The notes below the pieces were generated by a model that made no database searches, was not told the DNA's origin, and saw nothing but the letters and a program-made list of their open reading frames with translations. A stretch of 63,995 nt of DNA, filler included, from Choristocarpus tenellus KU-1152 (taxonomy: Eukaryota; Protista; Phaeophyceae), in assembly GCA_964200185.2 (NCBI GenBank). It is 11 parts of 11 records of this genome, joined end to end, with 100 filler letters (N's around TTAATTAATTAA, not from the genome) between each part and the next. Parts side by side here need not be neighbours in the genome. Positions count along the whole stretch, not along the records: positions 1 to 3,009 come from CAXNAD020022965.1; positions 3,110 to 9,009 come from CAXNAD020009466.1; positions 9,110 to 12,181 come from CAXNAD020022518.1; positions 12,282 to 14,851 come from CAXNAD020026693.1; 7 more parts are not named here. One strand, given 5' to 3'. Made by a program: the position numbers and the translations under genes. Every line of letters starts with the position of its first letter. The stretch's first letter is position 1. Of this stretch, positions 1 to 12,917 are shown piece by piece.

Positions 1-6
1 GGTGGT

Positions 7-84
<78 letters not shown>

Positions 85-536
85 CATGATCTCCCCCAGC
101 TGAAGATGCACTCTCCTTAAGAAGGAATCTCTTATCTGTTGAAGTATGTCCTTTTTAGTCCATGGTGACCGCGAAATGCTGGAACATGACAGCATGACTA
201 CTGTTTGTGATATGCATCTATGATATGATCGGAGAGGGGGTGTAGGTTCACTTCCGTTGACTTGGCACTCTTGGGGATGAGAGGATCCCCCGTTACAGTT
301 ACTGTCACCCTTCTTGGTTTGTGGGGTTTGGAATCAGCCGTTTGCACTCTAGACTGTGTGTAGATGGCGTGTAGCTGGATTGTCTTTAGGTCAATAGGTG
401 ACGTCAGAGAGTGAATATTTGAAATCAGAACGGTATTCACCGGACACCGATCGGTCATCTCCGTTTGGTGCGTGACGTCAGACGTCAAGTGCTCAAAAGA
501 GGTTGTTCTGACAACACGAAAGTGGTTTGGTAGATG

Positions 537-697
537 CATCGCCGGCTGTACCTCCTCCTGTCTACTCCATCTCTAACTATACCTCCTCCTGTCTACCCCC
601 ATCACCAACTGTACCTCCTCCTGTCTGCTTCATCGCCAACTCCACCTCCTCCTGTCTACTCCATCGCCGACTGTACTTCCTCTTGTCTACTCCGCTA
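537..697 (+). repeat. 31-bp minisatellite, about 5 copies
   Basis: Head-to-tail units with consensus CTGTACCTCCTCCTGTCTACTCCATCGCCAA and no unique spacers. Confidence 0.9.
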
Positions 698-1728
698 GCA
701 GCGATTGCGTAGTGTATCACCGGCACCTTCCAACCAACACAATCAACACTGTATTTGCACCTCGGAGTATCCCGACATGCATCCTATCCTTGCTCTAAAC
801 TTTGGTACGTTGTTGGTATCCCTGGTGCTTCCGTTGTCACTAGTGACCCCGCTGCCAAGATTGCCACTAATAGAGACAAATTATAGCACACTATGCGCGT
901 GTGTAATAGGGTCTGGATTTTGAAGGAATAGGAGGGAGGTTGACATTGCTCCCCTGAGTAACCCTAACTCTATCCCTAACCCTAACCCTATCCCCAACCC
1001 TGAGTTGTAACAGTGGTGATATTTCCTGTGGGGATGCTGGTGCTGTACCCTACCTATCCCATGCTCTCGCCATTCTTCCAGTCCAGTGCCTATTGAATGC
1101 TCGATGCTGTTTCTTTTTCTTTTTTTTTAAAGTGTGCGAAGGACTCTGGAGGATTTTTTTTTTCTTCTAATCGTAATCATCGTGCTTGCTCCTGCTAAAT
1201 GCTTTTTTTAAATTTTAATAAAACCCCGCTCTCGGACTTTCCTCAATTGAGGCTTACTCCTAGTCCCCTACGTAGTTTGTACTAGTAGTGTGTACTAGAG
1301 AGAGAGGGAGAGCGACCCATGAGAACGGTATGCTTGAGCAGAGGAGTGGGGTGGCTTTTCCTGTCGAGCAGAGTGTGGCGTTCACGCCTCGAGTATTTTT
1401 ATGAAACATCGTTGAAAGCCGGTGTGTGTGCGGCATCCGATACTTGATAAGTGTAGCTTTTGGAAGGCCGTCTCTAAAGGGATAGATAGCATGGTTGAGT
1501 CCAGTCTTGCCGCCCTTGATTTTCTGTGATAGTATACTTCTTCTTGTTTGATTTTTTTTTGTGTTGGTGTGTGTGCCCCTGTCTGGGGGGGGGGGGGGGG
1601 GGGCCCCATGTTTTTCTCCTTTTTTTTTTTTTTTTTTTTTTTTTTTGTTTTTTTTTTTTTTTTGTGGGGGGGGGGGGGGGGGTTCCCAATGCTTTCTCCA
1701 TTTTTTTTTTTGTTCTTGTTTTTGTCAG

Positions 1729-2797
1729 GATGATGGCAGCAGGGCAGCTTCTGACTGCCCTCAAAAAGGTCTCCGAAAGACACGCAACTGCTTTGTTGAG
1801 AGGAGGGGGGGGCAAGTCGTTTGATCAGAACTCAGAGGAGTACCTGCAGAGGGCCATCAACCACCTGTATCAGGCAAGCAAACGTCAAGGAGACGCGAGT
1901 GTGTGTGTGTGTGTATGTGTTTTATGTTCACTTTTTATGTTTTTTGTTGTTTTTGTTTTGTTTTGTTTTTTCTCCTTGGTGAGGGGTCACGATGGTGTGT
2001 TCCCCCCCAAAAAAGAATGGAGTTGGGTTCAGGATGTGAAAACCTTTTTTTTCTGATTTCCGCGTGGTTAATTTCAGGAAAAATTGGAACAGTTGCGCCG
2101 AGTGATGGAGTGTGCCACAGGCCTCACAAGGAAAAAAAGGGGGAGGGGGGGGGGGTGGGTCAAGGGATGGTTGTTGACACCATCAAGGGCCCGCTTGTGC
2201 TTCCCCTCCTCTTTGATTGTGGGGAATGTTTTGATATTGATATTGGGGGTCGTTTATTTATTTTTTTTGCAATCCAGTCCCGATCTGTCCTTTCCTCTCA
2301 CTCTCCTCCCTCGAGGTCAAGAGGCATCTTGGTTCTTGGTGACAGAGACAATGCCTTGGAGTTGTGTTGAATGTTTTGTTAGGTCTGGGGTTTTGACCGG
2401 TTCTCAAGGTTGTGATCAGGCGTTGTCGAGACGTAGGGTTAATAGGACGGCGTTTGAGAAGCGGCAGTTCTACATTGGTGCAGCAGAGTGTAGACTGAAT
2501 GTAGTGTTGAGCCAATAGGGTGGCGAAATTGTCACTTATCCTCTTCTTTTTTTTATCCCTGAAAAAGTGTTCAAGTCTCATTTCTTGCGTCCTTGAAAAA
2601 ATACATATATTTTTATGTATGTACATTTTTGTGGATGTTGGAATATATGGGAGCAACCTGCCGCCTTTGTTTTTAAATTCTATCATTTTCTTACTATTTT
2701 TTTTTTAACTTTGCAGGTTAAGCAAGGTCCAGGTGCTCATCAGCAGTACACCCCTGCGGAGCTCATTGAGATGGATGACAGGGCCCAAGTTGAACAG
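1729..2797 (+). CDS. Fragmentary exons of an unidentified spliced gene
   Basis: Polypyrimidine+CAG acceptor before 1729 (MMAAGQLLTALKKVSERH...YLQRAINHLYQASK) and before 2717 (VKQGPGAHQQYTPAELIEMDDRAQVEQ, CAG|GT donor at 2797, 81 nt). Surrounding sequence is homopolymer-rich and low quality. Confidence 0.35.
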
Positions 2798-3009
2798 GTT
2801 CGGGGGAGGACTAGTGCAAAAGTAATCTTTGATTCCTAATAGCATACCCTGGTTTTTCCTGCGTATATTCAAGCCCTCATCCTCTGCCTGTGAGATTTGG
2901 TGTGAACTCAAGCTGCAGACGTTTAAAACGTTTTGTTAGTTCCCCATCGTGTTCGAATAGTGTGTTAGGGTTAGGGTTTTGAGTATGTTGAACCCTGATC
3001 AGTCCCCCC

Positions 3010-3109
3010 NNNNNNNNNNNNNNNNNNNNNNNNNNNNNNNNNNNNNNNNNNNNTTAATTAATTAANNNNNNNNNNNNNNNNNNNNNNNNNNNNNNNNNNN
3101 NNNNNNNNN
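3010..3109. other. Artificial contig linker, first of ten
   Basis: Identical 100-nt N-run/TTAATTAATTAA/N-run (stops in all six frames) at 3010-3109, 9010-9109, 12182-12281, 14852-14951, 21454-21553, 27835-27934, 35737-35836, 49435-49534, 52699-52798 and 61301-61400. Confidence 0.98.
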
Positions 3110-3139
3110 GCGGCCCTACCCTCTAAGATACTTTGGCTC
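3110..3139 (-). mobile_element. MITE family A, terminal inverted repeat only (truncated by contig start)
   Basis: CCCTACCCTCTAAGATACTTTGGCTC matches the family A TIR. Confidence 0.85.
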
Positions 3140-4836
3140 ACGATTGATTTTCCAGCTCGCCACGATAAATCAGTCGCTTCGACGATTGATTCCCAGCTAA
3201 CCCTAACCATAATTACTACAAAAACGATATTGTACCACATCAATTCTGTGCCGCTTTTTTCGGGCATGCCCATGGGTGCACAAAATCGGGGTAGGTACTG
3301 TATGTGTGTGTGAATATCTTATGTTACGAAACACCCCTTTTCTGTAAGAGCTGCTTTCTGCTCGAAGTGAGCGCCAATGTAAATGGGATGTACCCAGGTT
3401 TTGGTCGTCTTACATTTTAAGTCTGTTTTTTAATCATTTGCCATGCACTCGTCTTTCTTCGGATGAAGTTCGGAGTTTGACGTGAAAGAGTGTATTTCTC
3501 TATCGATTGAGTGACAATTCAGAAAAATATCCTACACATAGTTGTAAAAAGAGCCCAATTTTGCATGTAATTGTCAGCGTCCCTAAACGCTACTCAGGGC
3601 TCCTCTTGTTTACTTTGACTCTGACTGACTACGTGCACCGAGCTCCAAAGGAACTCGTGTGTGTGTGAGAGAGAGAGAGTAGTACATTCACACACAAATA
3701 TTGGCTATGGTGCAGAAAGCCAAGAACTTAAGGATGGATCCACTTGGCATTTCACGTAACTAGCCACGATCACACCTTCTTCTTAGCAGTAGTGGTGCTA
3801 GTGCGAGCAGTATGGCAGGAATTTTCCTATTACAATGTGTGACTTCTTACTCCTCTTCAGTGGATATTTTTTCCCATTTTTTGTTGTTGTGTGTTCCAAG
3901 CTTGTATCGATTGGTGAACGGATACCCCTTTATGGAGATTGGACCTACCTTTCTGTTTCTCTTTCTTTTTTCAATATGGGTCCTTAAACCGGCAATGCTA
4001 TTTATTGGAACGGATAGATGCACCTCTCAATCCTGAACCTTGGTTGGTGCTGTGTACGAGTCCCCACGTTTTCTTTTTTAATTCCTACTTTCCTCTGCCA
4101 CAATTCTTGGATTTATCATTGTCTCTTTTGTTATAGTATTACCTCTCATGTTCCGACCACAGGTTTGGGAAGCAGTGCAAGGCCAACGTGCGTTGAATAA
4201 TAAATGTCGTGAATCATACTACAACAATACAACATACATCAACAATAATCACTAATGGGCTTCAAATAGTACTGGCTCCATTCAATGTTGCTGGTGTGAA
4301 TCTAAAACATTTGCTGTGTGTAGTAAATTGAATCTTGTCCTGGAAAGATTTCGATGTACTTGGTTACATTCAAAACGTACATAGAGGGCAGGAGTGGAGG
4401 TGCGAATCGCTGAGCTTCATTGGCACTGTCCACAGCACGGAATCATGTGAAAAACAACCGATCAAGAATTACCCTTCAGTTTTTGGTTTGGATTAATCGC
4501 TATTTGTATAGACCCGAAGTGATCCAATCGCGGCTAGGATAACACTAACTTCCAACCATGAAACAGTAGATACTTCGAAATACTATATATCATATCGTTT
4601 TGCAACAACATTGCTACATCTCAGGCATATAGCCCTAGATCGTTTGACACAATTCCGCATGTGACATCCGTCATCTATCACAACACAACTATTCATGGTG
4701 CCTATTTGCTCGGTAAAGCCCGTTCGTCAACGGGACACGTTGAACGAAACCATTTGAGAGGTAGGCAAGTCTGGACCCTTTTGGGGGTCAAAACCATTTT
4801 TCTTACCCTGTGAGGTACACACTATTGCATTACTTT

Positions 4837-5095
4837 TACCCAAAGCATTTAAGAGGGTAGGAGTTTTGCCCTGTTTGTTTGTTCGGGGCTTGGCTTCACA
4901 CAGGTTTTTATGCCCTTTTTCTGTTTTCTGTTTTAAAACATTTACCTAAAATGTGTACGACTATGAAGGTGTGTCCGGAGCAAGAAGATTGACAATTTCC
5001 AACAAACATGATAGAGCCAAAATTAATCAAAAATCGCAACTTTGGATTTATGACCCCGAACGGACGCGCCTCTACCCTTTTAAATGCTTCGACTC
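4837..5095 (-). mobile_element. MITE family A, degenerate copy
   Basis: Internal sequence is colinear with 28955-29216 and ends ...CTCTACCCTTTTAAATGCTTCGACTC. Possible TTT/TTT duplication; the other terminus is eroded. Confidence 0.75.
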
Positions 5096-5911
5096 TTTGA
5101 TGTGTGCAAGAGTGTACGTAGAACTGATTGCACACACAAACTGACACTACAATTCAGCAAAGGCTTTCCCTGTAATTGTACAAAATTGCCTCTTTTTGCC
5201 CTTTTTCGAGATCCCTAAAATGCAACCCTGCTCACCTCTCAGTTGGTTTGACTAGTTGAAGGATTAGATACTCAACTACATCCGATTCCCGTATAAATAA
5301 CGCCCACTCAACCCTATTTACTGTACAAAGTTCGTGTTCGTTAAAAGATTTTTGCTGATTGTGTTCCTGTGGAGAAGGTGGCAGCATATACAACATGCTC
5401 AGAACAACCTGTGGACAAAAGACATACACTTGGAGGAACAACAATGAGATACCAGGAAACAATCTATTTGGTAGAAAACCATAGATGGAGAGAAATGTAA
5501 CAAATATATAAACAAGTAAGTGTGGCAGTATCTCTGCATTCTAGTGAGTACAGTCCATCATCCCCTGAAACAGTTAGTGCTCGTTGTGTAGAAATTTTAC
5601 CGAAAATTCTTCAAGGATCTACCGAGACATTCTATTTTCAGGCGTTGGCTGGTACAATAGAGATGGCGCTTCATTAACACAAGTCAAGACCTGAGAACAA
5701 AGTGAATATTTCGTATGTGACAACTCTGAATGACGAGCTGTCTCAAGTCTGTGGGATTGGTCTCTTGAAGAGATTCCATGGTTTCATTCTGACGAAAAGG
5801 TCCGCCAATGGAATCATGGATGCTTGACAAGGAACCTCAATCGGTACAACGATATAACGGTATATGAGATACGGCAATAACGGCATAAGAATAGACAAAC
5901 ATGCTTTCTAC

Positions 5912-5950
5912 ATTTATATTTTGCCCTCTGACATTTTGCAGATGTGTTGA
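5912..5950 (-). mobile_element. 3' terminus of CRE-type LINE
   Basis: Reverse complement of CACATCTGCAAAATGTCAGAGGGC plus an A/T tail, shared with the copies at 9110, 12282 and 27935. Confidence 0.65.
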
Positions 5951-6639
5951 TGAATATATAACAAGAAAACGGTAGCCGCACAAAATTGAGATGGAAAAAG
6001 AAGAATCGCTCAGCACTTCCGAAGACCTTGTACCAAAGAAATTGGTTTCAGAATGCACTAACACCAGCTTCCGACGCCACCCCTCCATTCATTTAGGAAA
6101 AAGTAACAAGGAAGGAGTCGAAAAACAACACAAGAAGAAGAACAGAGTAGGGTACCTAACTTCATACTCCAAAAATCGTCTGGCTTACGATTTATTTGGA
6201 GGGTAAACCGAAAACTTCAGCCACTTGAAATCGGAGCTGTCGGCAGCGAAGAATAATGCTTGCCATAATTTTTTTCTCCGTTTCTCTTAATAATAAAATT
6301 GTGGCACTAGGGAGGGGCGGGTTGTAGTTGGAGGTACTATATGTAGTCAGTGGTTAGCACCCAGCACCCAGCATCCAGTACTAAGTAATGAGTGGCGGCC
6401 AACAGTCAGCAACAGGCAATGAGTGGGACCGTGCTGCCTGGTTGGTTGGGTGCAACTACCTACAATTGAAGGGCGGGGCACATTATTTCTGTAAGAGGGG
6501 TCTGGGAAGGTGCTACCCAACCTACTACTATTAATAGCATGTATGTGTGCGAAAGCTCGTTGCTGAGCTTTTTTCTTTAAAGGGGTTAACCTCAGAGACT
6601 CTGTGTTCTGGTGGGGAACTCATAAAAAAGATGGATCCT

Positions 6640-7810
6640 GGACTTTGAAGTCAGGTTCAGTCGGGTCAAGGCCAAGCAGGAAAAACATGCAACTCCAATT
6701 ATATTGTGTTTGGTTTGACCTACACAAGCATGTGACTCTGTTGACCATGATCTCCCGTGGGCTTTGATCGCCAAGTTTGGAGTGGCTGAGAAGATTATCT
6801 TAGCCATCCGCTAATTCCACAATGGGATGTGGGCAAGCATTTGCATGGATGATGGAGAGTGTACGAGTTGGTTTGAGGTTGGACGAAGCCTTCACCTCTG
6901 ACCCAACCATGTCCAAGAAGACCTTGCTGTCATTAAGAGAGCAGCCACAATCAACCAGCTAGGGGAGAAGCAGCACCATGGGGTGAGGTAACACTTGAGC
7001 GACTCCTGTGAGGTATGCTCTATACTGACGTTGTGGGCATTGTGTTTAAGGCCCAAGGAAGGTTTGGACAGGATGGTGATAGCAATTGTGGAGGTAGCAG
7101 GTCAGTCAGACTGATTGTGTTGGAGTAGAGGATGGAAACCATGTGCCTTAACCTCCAAATAAGGCCGTAGACATGATGCAGATCCGAGCTTCAGGCGAAA
7201 ACTACAAGCAGACTGAAAAGTTTGTTTACCTTGAAGTGATGAAGCCGATATAACCACGGAGATCAGTTGATGGTGCAAGAACCTCAACTTGTTTCCACAA
7301 GTACGGGCAAATGGTTTATTACTGGACCGCAGGTGTACCACTTGATTTCTCAACACTGAAGTTCTGAAAGTTCTGTTACATAGTTGTGTGAATGGCATGC
7401 ACACTCCGCCAGGTTTGCTATAATATAAGCTTTGTTATCATTCGAACCTCCTCCTCCTACGCAATATCGGATTTCACTCTCAGGAATGCATCGAGCACAT
7501 GTTGTCCTACAAAGAAGATGCCCTTGTTATATGAAGATTTGGTCTGACAGTATTGAGGCAAATGTGTGAAAACGGAGACTCCTATTTGCGGGGTCAGTTG
7601 CATGTATTGGGGATGAGCAATTTGCCTCGGCGTTGAAGCTTGGGGAGTTTTCAGCTGAGAAACAGAGGCAAGATGGAGAGGAGAAGAACTGTCGGATGCA
7701 CACGGAAGACAATCTTCAAAAGTTTGGGATTGCGGTTGAGAGGTGATGGAAACAAGGGCAACCAATTCAAGTCACTTGGTAACAGTAGTGCGTGGTTGGC
7801 GGTTTGCAAA
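6640..7810 (+). pseudogene. RTE-like non-LTR retrotransposon reverse transcriptase, degenerate
   Basis: Manual translation gives ACDSVDHDLPWALIAKFGVAEKIILAIR*FHNGM...DDGECTSWFEVG, then MLYTD (degenerate YADD), YKQTEKFVYL and DSIEANV*KRRLLFAG. These are LINE RT and C-terminal motifs interrupted by stops and frameshifts. Confidence 0.85.
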
Positions 7811-8113
7811 ATAGGACAATAGTCAAGTGCACCTTATTTTGTGTATAGTACATCCGGATTATGCATGGGATTATGTATTGGTATTTATTCCACATTGAAC
7901 TACTTTGACATAACCGTTGACTTAGATAGGAAGCACAAATAAATATTATACAAGCAACGAGAAGACACCACACAAAGGTCACTCTTTCAATTTCAACCAT
8001 ATAATCACGTTCAGCAAAGGGGGTCGTGTGAGGCTTCACACCTTCTTATCTTCACGACTAACAAATAGCATTACCTCCCAAGGTAATTTGCACAGGTTAT
8101 GAGCCTTAGTAGT

Positions 8114-8835
8114 ATGGAGACTGACCTGAAGAAACTTGCTGTCTGGACGAGGGCCACAGGGAGGTCATTGGAGACCTGGTCGACTTAGAGACTGTCATTG
8201 ATCGCCCACGCTTGTGGAAAGGGTTTGTACGAGATTACGATGAGGGACTACGGGATTCCTGAAGTACCCACCACCATCTCAGGAGAGGTAGTGCGTACGG
8301 CACATGCCACACACACGAAGAATAACAAGGCGTTATGGTTCCTCCTTCTACAAACGACAAAGGGGTCCGCATCGACAATTATGGCGAAATACGAAAATGG
8401 GGGTCAACCAGACGGCAGAGGGGCATGGTTAGAATTAGAAAGAGTCAACAGAGGACGCTCGGAAGACAAGATTCCCGTGCAGCTCAACGGAGGACGCGCG
8501 GAGGACTAGATCCCCATGCAGCTCAACAGAGGACGGAGGACGAGATCCCCGATCAGCTCATCACAAGACCCGATATAAGCTACAGGAAGCTGAAACGGGC
8601 AATAGTATCATCATCGTCATCCCAACAAAGGTGGACCTGCACCTTCGACACAAATGGAAGCTGGAGGCTAAGGAGACATGAGATATGGTACACGATCAAT
8701 AACAAGCAAGAACTGGAGGTCAAGAGGATACTTTGGGTACCTGGTATGCCATGCCGAATATTGAGCAGTGGGACCCTGGGACAAGATGACGGAGTTAATC
8801 GAGGCAATGCAGCCGGAGCTGCAATCCTGAGCGTC

Positions 8836-8887
<52 letters not shown>

Positions 8888-8988
8888 ACGACTAGGGGAG
8901 CAGGACATTACCAGGAGCTGAAACAGGCTTCTCAGCACAAGCAGCCTGCCACTAAGGGAGCAGGACATTACCAGGAGCAGAAACTAAG
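8114..8988 (+). mobile_element. Ty1/copia retrotransposon relic (gag plus post-protease segment)
   Basis: LWFLLLQTTKGSASTIMAKYENGGQPDGRGAWLELE resembles copia gag; VKRILWVPGMPCRILSSGTL resembles the copia VLxVPxLxxNLxS motif. Internally deleted. Confidence 0.7.
8837..8884 (+). repeat. (CCTGAG)8 microsatellite
   Basis: Perfect hexamer run, followed by two copies of ACTA(G/A)GGGAGCAGGACATTACCAGGAGC. Confidence 0.9.
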
Positions 8989-9009
8989 GGCTTAAAGTAT
9001 CTGGGAGGG
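8989..9009 (+). mobile_element. MITE family B left TIR (truncated by contig end)
   Basis: GGCTTAAAGTATCTGGGAGGG. Confidence 0.65.
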
Positions 9010-9109
9010 NNNNNNNNNNNNNNNNNNNNNNNNNNNNNNNNNNNNNNNNNNNNTTAATTAATTAANNNNNNNNNNNNNNNNNNNNNNNNNNNNNNNNNNN
9101 NNNNNNNNN

Positions 9110-9180
9110 GTATGTGTATAGTTTTCATTGGTTTCCCCCTGACACATCTGCAAAATGTCAGAGGGCATAATAATAAAAAT
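9110..9180 (+). mobile_element. 3' terminus of CRE-type LINE
   Basis: TAGTTTTCATTGGTTTCCCCCTGACACATCTGCAAAATGTCAGAGGGC followed by a (TAA)n-like tail. Confidence 0.8.
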
Positions 9181-10213
9181 ACCATACATATGTCATTATT
9201 AGGCCTATAAAACTGTGTGGAGAGACCACTAATCAGTTACTTCACCACCACTATCAAATATTGTGTTCTACTGTCTCCATGTGCTTCCCATCTACCTACT
9301 CCTGTGTCACAGGGATAGTGCATCTGTTGCAACTCTTGGTGACCTACAATCCAGGGTTCGAACCCCAATATGAGCAATCTTTCTTCAAAAAAAGAAAAAA
9401 ATGTCGAGAAAAAAACGAAGCTCGTACTCTGGACGGCCTTGTGACGGGCATTACGGTTATACTTTTATTTTTTATCTGATGTCTATATCAAAAGTTATGA
9501 CAGGACAACCTCAGAGGGCGAAGCTGCTGGTACCACTGTACCACTTTAGCATCTAATACTTGTATCTGATAGCAAATAAACTGCTGTATTTGGAAACCAT
9601 TTTTGAGTCTGGATTCTGATCGAGCTTGTCAAGTTGCAGATGCGATTTTCGCTTAAAATAAATATGGTATGATTGGGGGAGAAAACGTAGCTTCTACCCA
9701 TCTGGAGGCGTAGTTTGTGTTGTGAGAGACAATAGATCCGAGAAGTGAAGGCTTACATAATAAACCTGTTGACTGTAAAGAAATTATGAAAGGAAATGTA
9801 TAATACATAGTGAAAGGGTACGAATGGAGGGTAGACTGTAAGTTATGCAACAGAGGTATGTTCGTTATGTATCGTCATATCCTTGTTAAGCCTTCAACAG
9901 AGAGTAGAACTCACAACAACTGCCGTCTAATGGACTTGGGTGCATGTTGAAACTATCCAACGGTGTCTATCTGTCCCCTTCATGCGTACGACTGTGTGAA
10001 TCTCCCTTTATCCCCCTGATTGATGTAGTGCTGGTAGCCACAACTGTAGAAGAAACGCCTCAGGATACGAGGGAGACTAAAATAAATATGGGTTAGAGTT
10101 CGTCAAACCCCTGCTGACAAAAGATAGGCTGAAGTAGTGGTGGGCGTACTACCGGTACTGTTACTAACAGTATCATGTGGTACAGAGCATTTTAAGGATG
10201 CTGAAAATTACAT

Positions 10214-10471
10214 GAGTCAAAGTATCTTAGATAGTAGAGCCGCGTCTATTTGGAGCCAAAATCCAATGTTGCAATTTTGATATCATTTTGGCTATCATGT
10301 TCGTTTGGAGTTGTCAATATCCTTGTTCCGGACCGACCCTTTCATAACATACACATTTTACCTACTCCGAAACATTTTGAAGTAGCTAAAATGTCATTAA
10401 GAACCCGTGGGAAGCCGGCCCCCGAATGGACAAAAAGGAAAAAACGCCTACCCTCTAAGATACTTTCACTC
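10214..10471 (+). mobile_element. MITE family A, full length (258 bp)
   Basis: TIRs GAGTCAAAGTATCTTAGA.../...TCTAAGATACTTTCACTC; 4-bp direct repeat ACAT on both sides. Confidence 0.92.
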
Positions 10472-11175
10472 ACATGCAATATTTGGCTTTTTGTACAAAG
10501 GATCATAGAACCTTTTCTGGATTATGTCCAGAATTATAGAGAGTGAGAAATTAAACCTCTCAAGTCAATCTTAGGAATTGAACCACAAAAATAAGGGTGA
10601 ATTTAAAAGCATAAGAAATGTGTCTTAAAATGCAAAACGGCCAAAACCTGGCTACCTCTCGCTTACTTTGACTCAGAAGAATGATACGATTGTAGAAGTA
10701 AACAATATCTGCTCTACACTTTGCTGGAGTCAGAGCTACCACTACTACTAACACTTCCATTGGTACTATCATGATAGGTACTTAGTTGTATAATGATAAG
10801 AAGTGCTACCACCACTACTCACTTGTTACGATAACTACTGCCAGCTCCACTCTTTACAAGTGAACGATGAGAACCACTATCCATTTCAGCTCTTTTGATA
10901 ATAAGCGTGGTAATCATACGGTGTTGCGGACAGTGACTGGGATGAGAAAAAAGTTGGACCCTAAGAGAAGTAACGAATATGTAAAAGCATGGAGAAGGAA
11001 GGAGGAAGAGAAGCTGCACCGTTCTCAAGAACTTAACCTGATAGTGTGATTTGAAACAACTGTATGTGTTGCAGTGGTTTACCTACATGTGCAATAAAAG
11101 AAAATATAGGATATGATGAACACCCCCGCGTGGCATCATTGGTAATCGTAACACACCCAGGAAGCCCCCCTCCTA

Positions 11176-11433
11176 GAGCCAAAGTATCTTAGAGGGTAGA
11201 CCCGCATCCATTTGGAGGGCAAAATCCAATGTTGCGATTTGGATATAATTTTGGCTGTCGTGTTTGTTAGGAAGTGTCAATATCCTTGTTACGGACATAC
11301 CTTTTTATGACATACACATTTACCCACTCCGAAATATTTTGGACGAGGAAAATGTCATAAAAAAACCCAAGGGAACCCAAGCCCCAAATGGACAAACAGG
11401 GTAAAACCCGTACTCTCTAAGATACTTTCACTC
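11176..11433 (+). mobile_element. MITE family A, full length
   Basis: TIRs GAGCCAAAGTATCTTAGAGGGTA/TACTCTCTAAGATACTTTCACTC; 3-bp direct repeat CTA. Confidence 0.92.
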
Positions 11434-11949
11434 CTAGGCACATGTTGAAGTAGCAACAAAAAGATAGATATCAGTCAGATCGCTTGGCCGCACATAATGC
11501 TAACCCCAACCCTAAACCTAACTCCAAATCGTTGCGTCACCCAACAAAAACACGACAAAGCGAGCATGCATACCATACATCACATCAGAATTTCGTGTCT
11601 GTTGAGGAAGCAAGGTTCAGAGTACACCGAAAAAATAAGTTTTTATCGCCACAACATTTGACTGCAAATACTTCGTGTGTTCTGACTGGAAGTTCATCAT
11701 CAATCGCTGTAGACATTCAGCAGGAGTGGTATCCCCACCCTCTCCTCCACTTCCATCCGTTGTGGCTCCAGCCGCAGGTCCAGCCGTATCTTCCTGATCT
11801 GGAAATTCCGTGTCCGTGCTCAGGGTGTCACTGTCAACCTCCTTGTTCAAGACATTCTGACAATGGGCCCTGCAGTCGACAAATCTGTGTCACCTCCCGT
11901 GGTAATTTCCCTATCTAGGACACCCTTTTTGATGTCTCATACGAAAACA

Positions 11950-12145
11950 GGCTCAAAGTATCTGGGGGCGGGTGGCAGCTGTCTATTCAGGGCCAATTTT
12001 TTCATGTCGCGATTTTCGGATGATTTGGTTGCATAGGTCGGATGGATAATGTAAGTGCACTTTTCCTGGTTATTTCCCAAATGGACACCCTGGTGTAGAC
12101 CCCCCCCCCCCCCCCCCCCCCCACCCCCCGGTCCCCACCCAGACG
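11950..12145 (+). mobile_element. MITE family B
   Basis: Starts GGCTCAAAGTATCTGGGGG; interior colinear with 20514-20687; right end garbled in poly-C. Confidence 0.8.
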
Positions 12146-12281
12146 GAAGACCCACCCACTCTCCTCCAGGGTTGGTGGGATNNNNNNNNNNNNNNNNNNN
12201 NNNNNNNNNNNNNNNNNNNNNNNNNTTAATTAATTAANNNNNNNNNNNNNNNNNNNNNNNNNNNNNNNNNNNNNNNNNNNN

Positions 12282-12888
12282 GAGGTGCAGGCCACCTCCC
12301 ACCTAACCCACTCATCCACCAGCAATGGCGTAGCTACTGCTGCAGTTGAGGCGCGAAAGCGCACCCACTACGAGAGCTCCTTTGGTCCTTGTAGTTATAA
12401 CCTTTACACCTTTGCGGTGGAAATTTTTGGGCGCCTCGGCAAGCAAGCGGAATGCTCCCTGGATGAGCCGGCTACTCACATGGTAGGGGGGAGAGGAGCT
12501 GGAGGATAGTGCAGGAAAGGAGTAGTTAAATCCCGGCTACACCAAATTGTTTCGGTGGCCACGCAAGTGGCATTGTCTCGACGTGTCATGCGCTTCAACT
12601 AGAGTCGCCGGGGAGATGGGCACGAAGGGGTTTGTTGGATTCTTGGGATGCCTCCCTAGCTCCCCCCCGCAGTGCAGGAGTAGGTTGATAGGAAGTACAG
12701 GAAGATGGTAGTACAATGTTGATAATGGTAAGTAACAGATATATTAGTGGTGGTTTTCACACTTACAGTGCTTTATAGTGTTTTCACATTTATGATATTT
12801 TATTTCTTTAGGGCTAATAATGTCACATGTATAGTTTTCATTGGTTTTTCCCCTGACATATCTGCAAAATGTCAGAGGGCATAAAAAT
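12282..12888 (+). mobile_element. CRE-type non-LTR retrotransposon 3' end (restriction-like endonuclease pseudogene plus 3' UTR)
   Basis: NGVATAAVEARKRTHYE...TFAVEIFGRLG...VSVATQVALSRRV has in-frame stops; ends in the conserved hairpin and tail; colinear with 27935-28626. Confidence 0.85.
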
Positions 12889-12917
12889 ATATGTAGTGAA
12901 TTTCATTTTGTAAACTA

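Noticed and set aside
537-697. 31-bp repeats as a CRISPR array
   Set aside because: Units are contiguous with no unique spacers, there are no cas genes, and the context is eukaryotic.
1382-2370. Long overlapping ORFs rich in K/F/G/P
   Set aside because: Products of poly-T and poly-G runs in low-quality intronic sequence.
3054-3065. Recurrent TTAATTAATTAA palindrome
   Set aside because: Always embedded in identical N padding; a six-frame-stop concatenation linker rather than biology.
9315-9375. tRNA-like B-box GGTTCGAACCC (also an A-box-like GCTCAAGTTGGTTAGAGC at ~42708 and a B-box-like motif at ~60290)
   Set aside because: No cloverleaf can be folded; at most SINE remnants.
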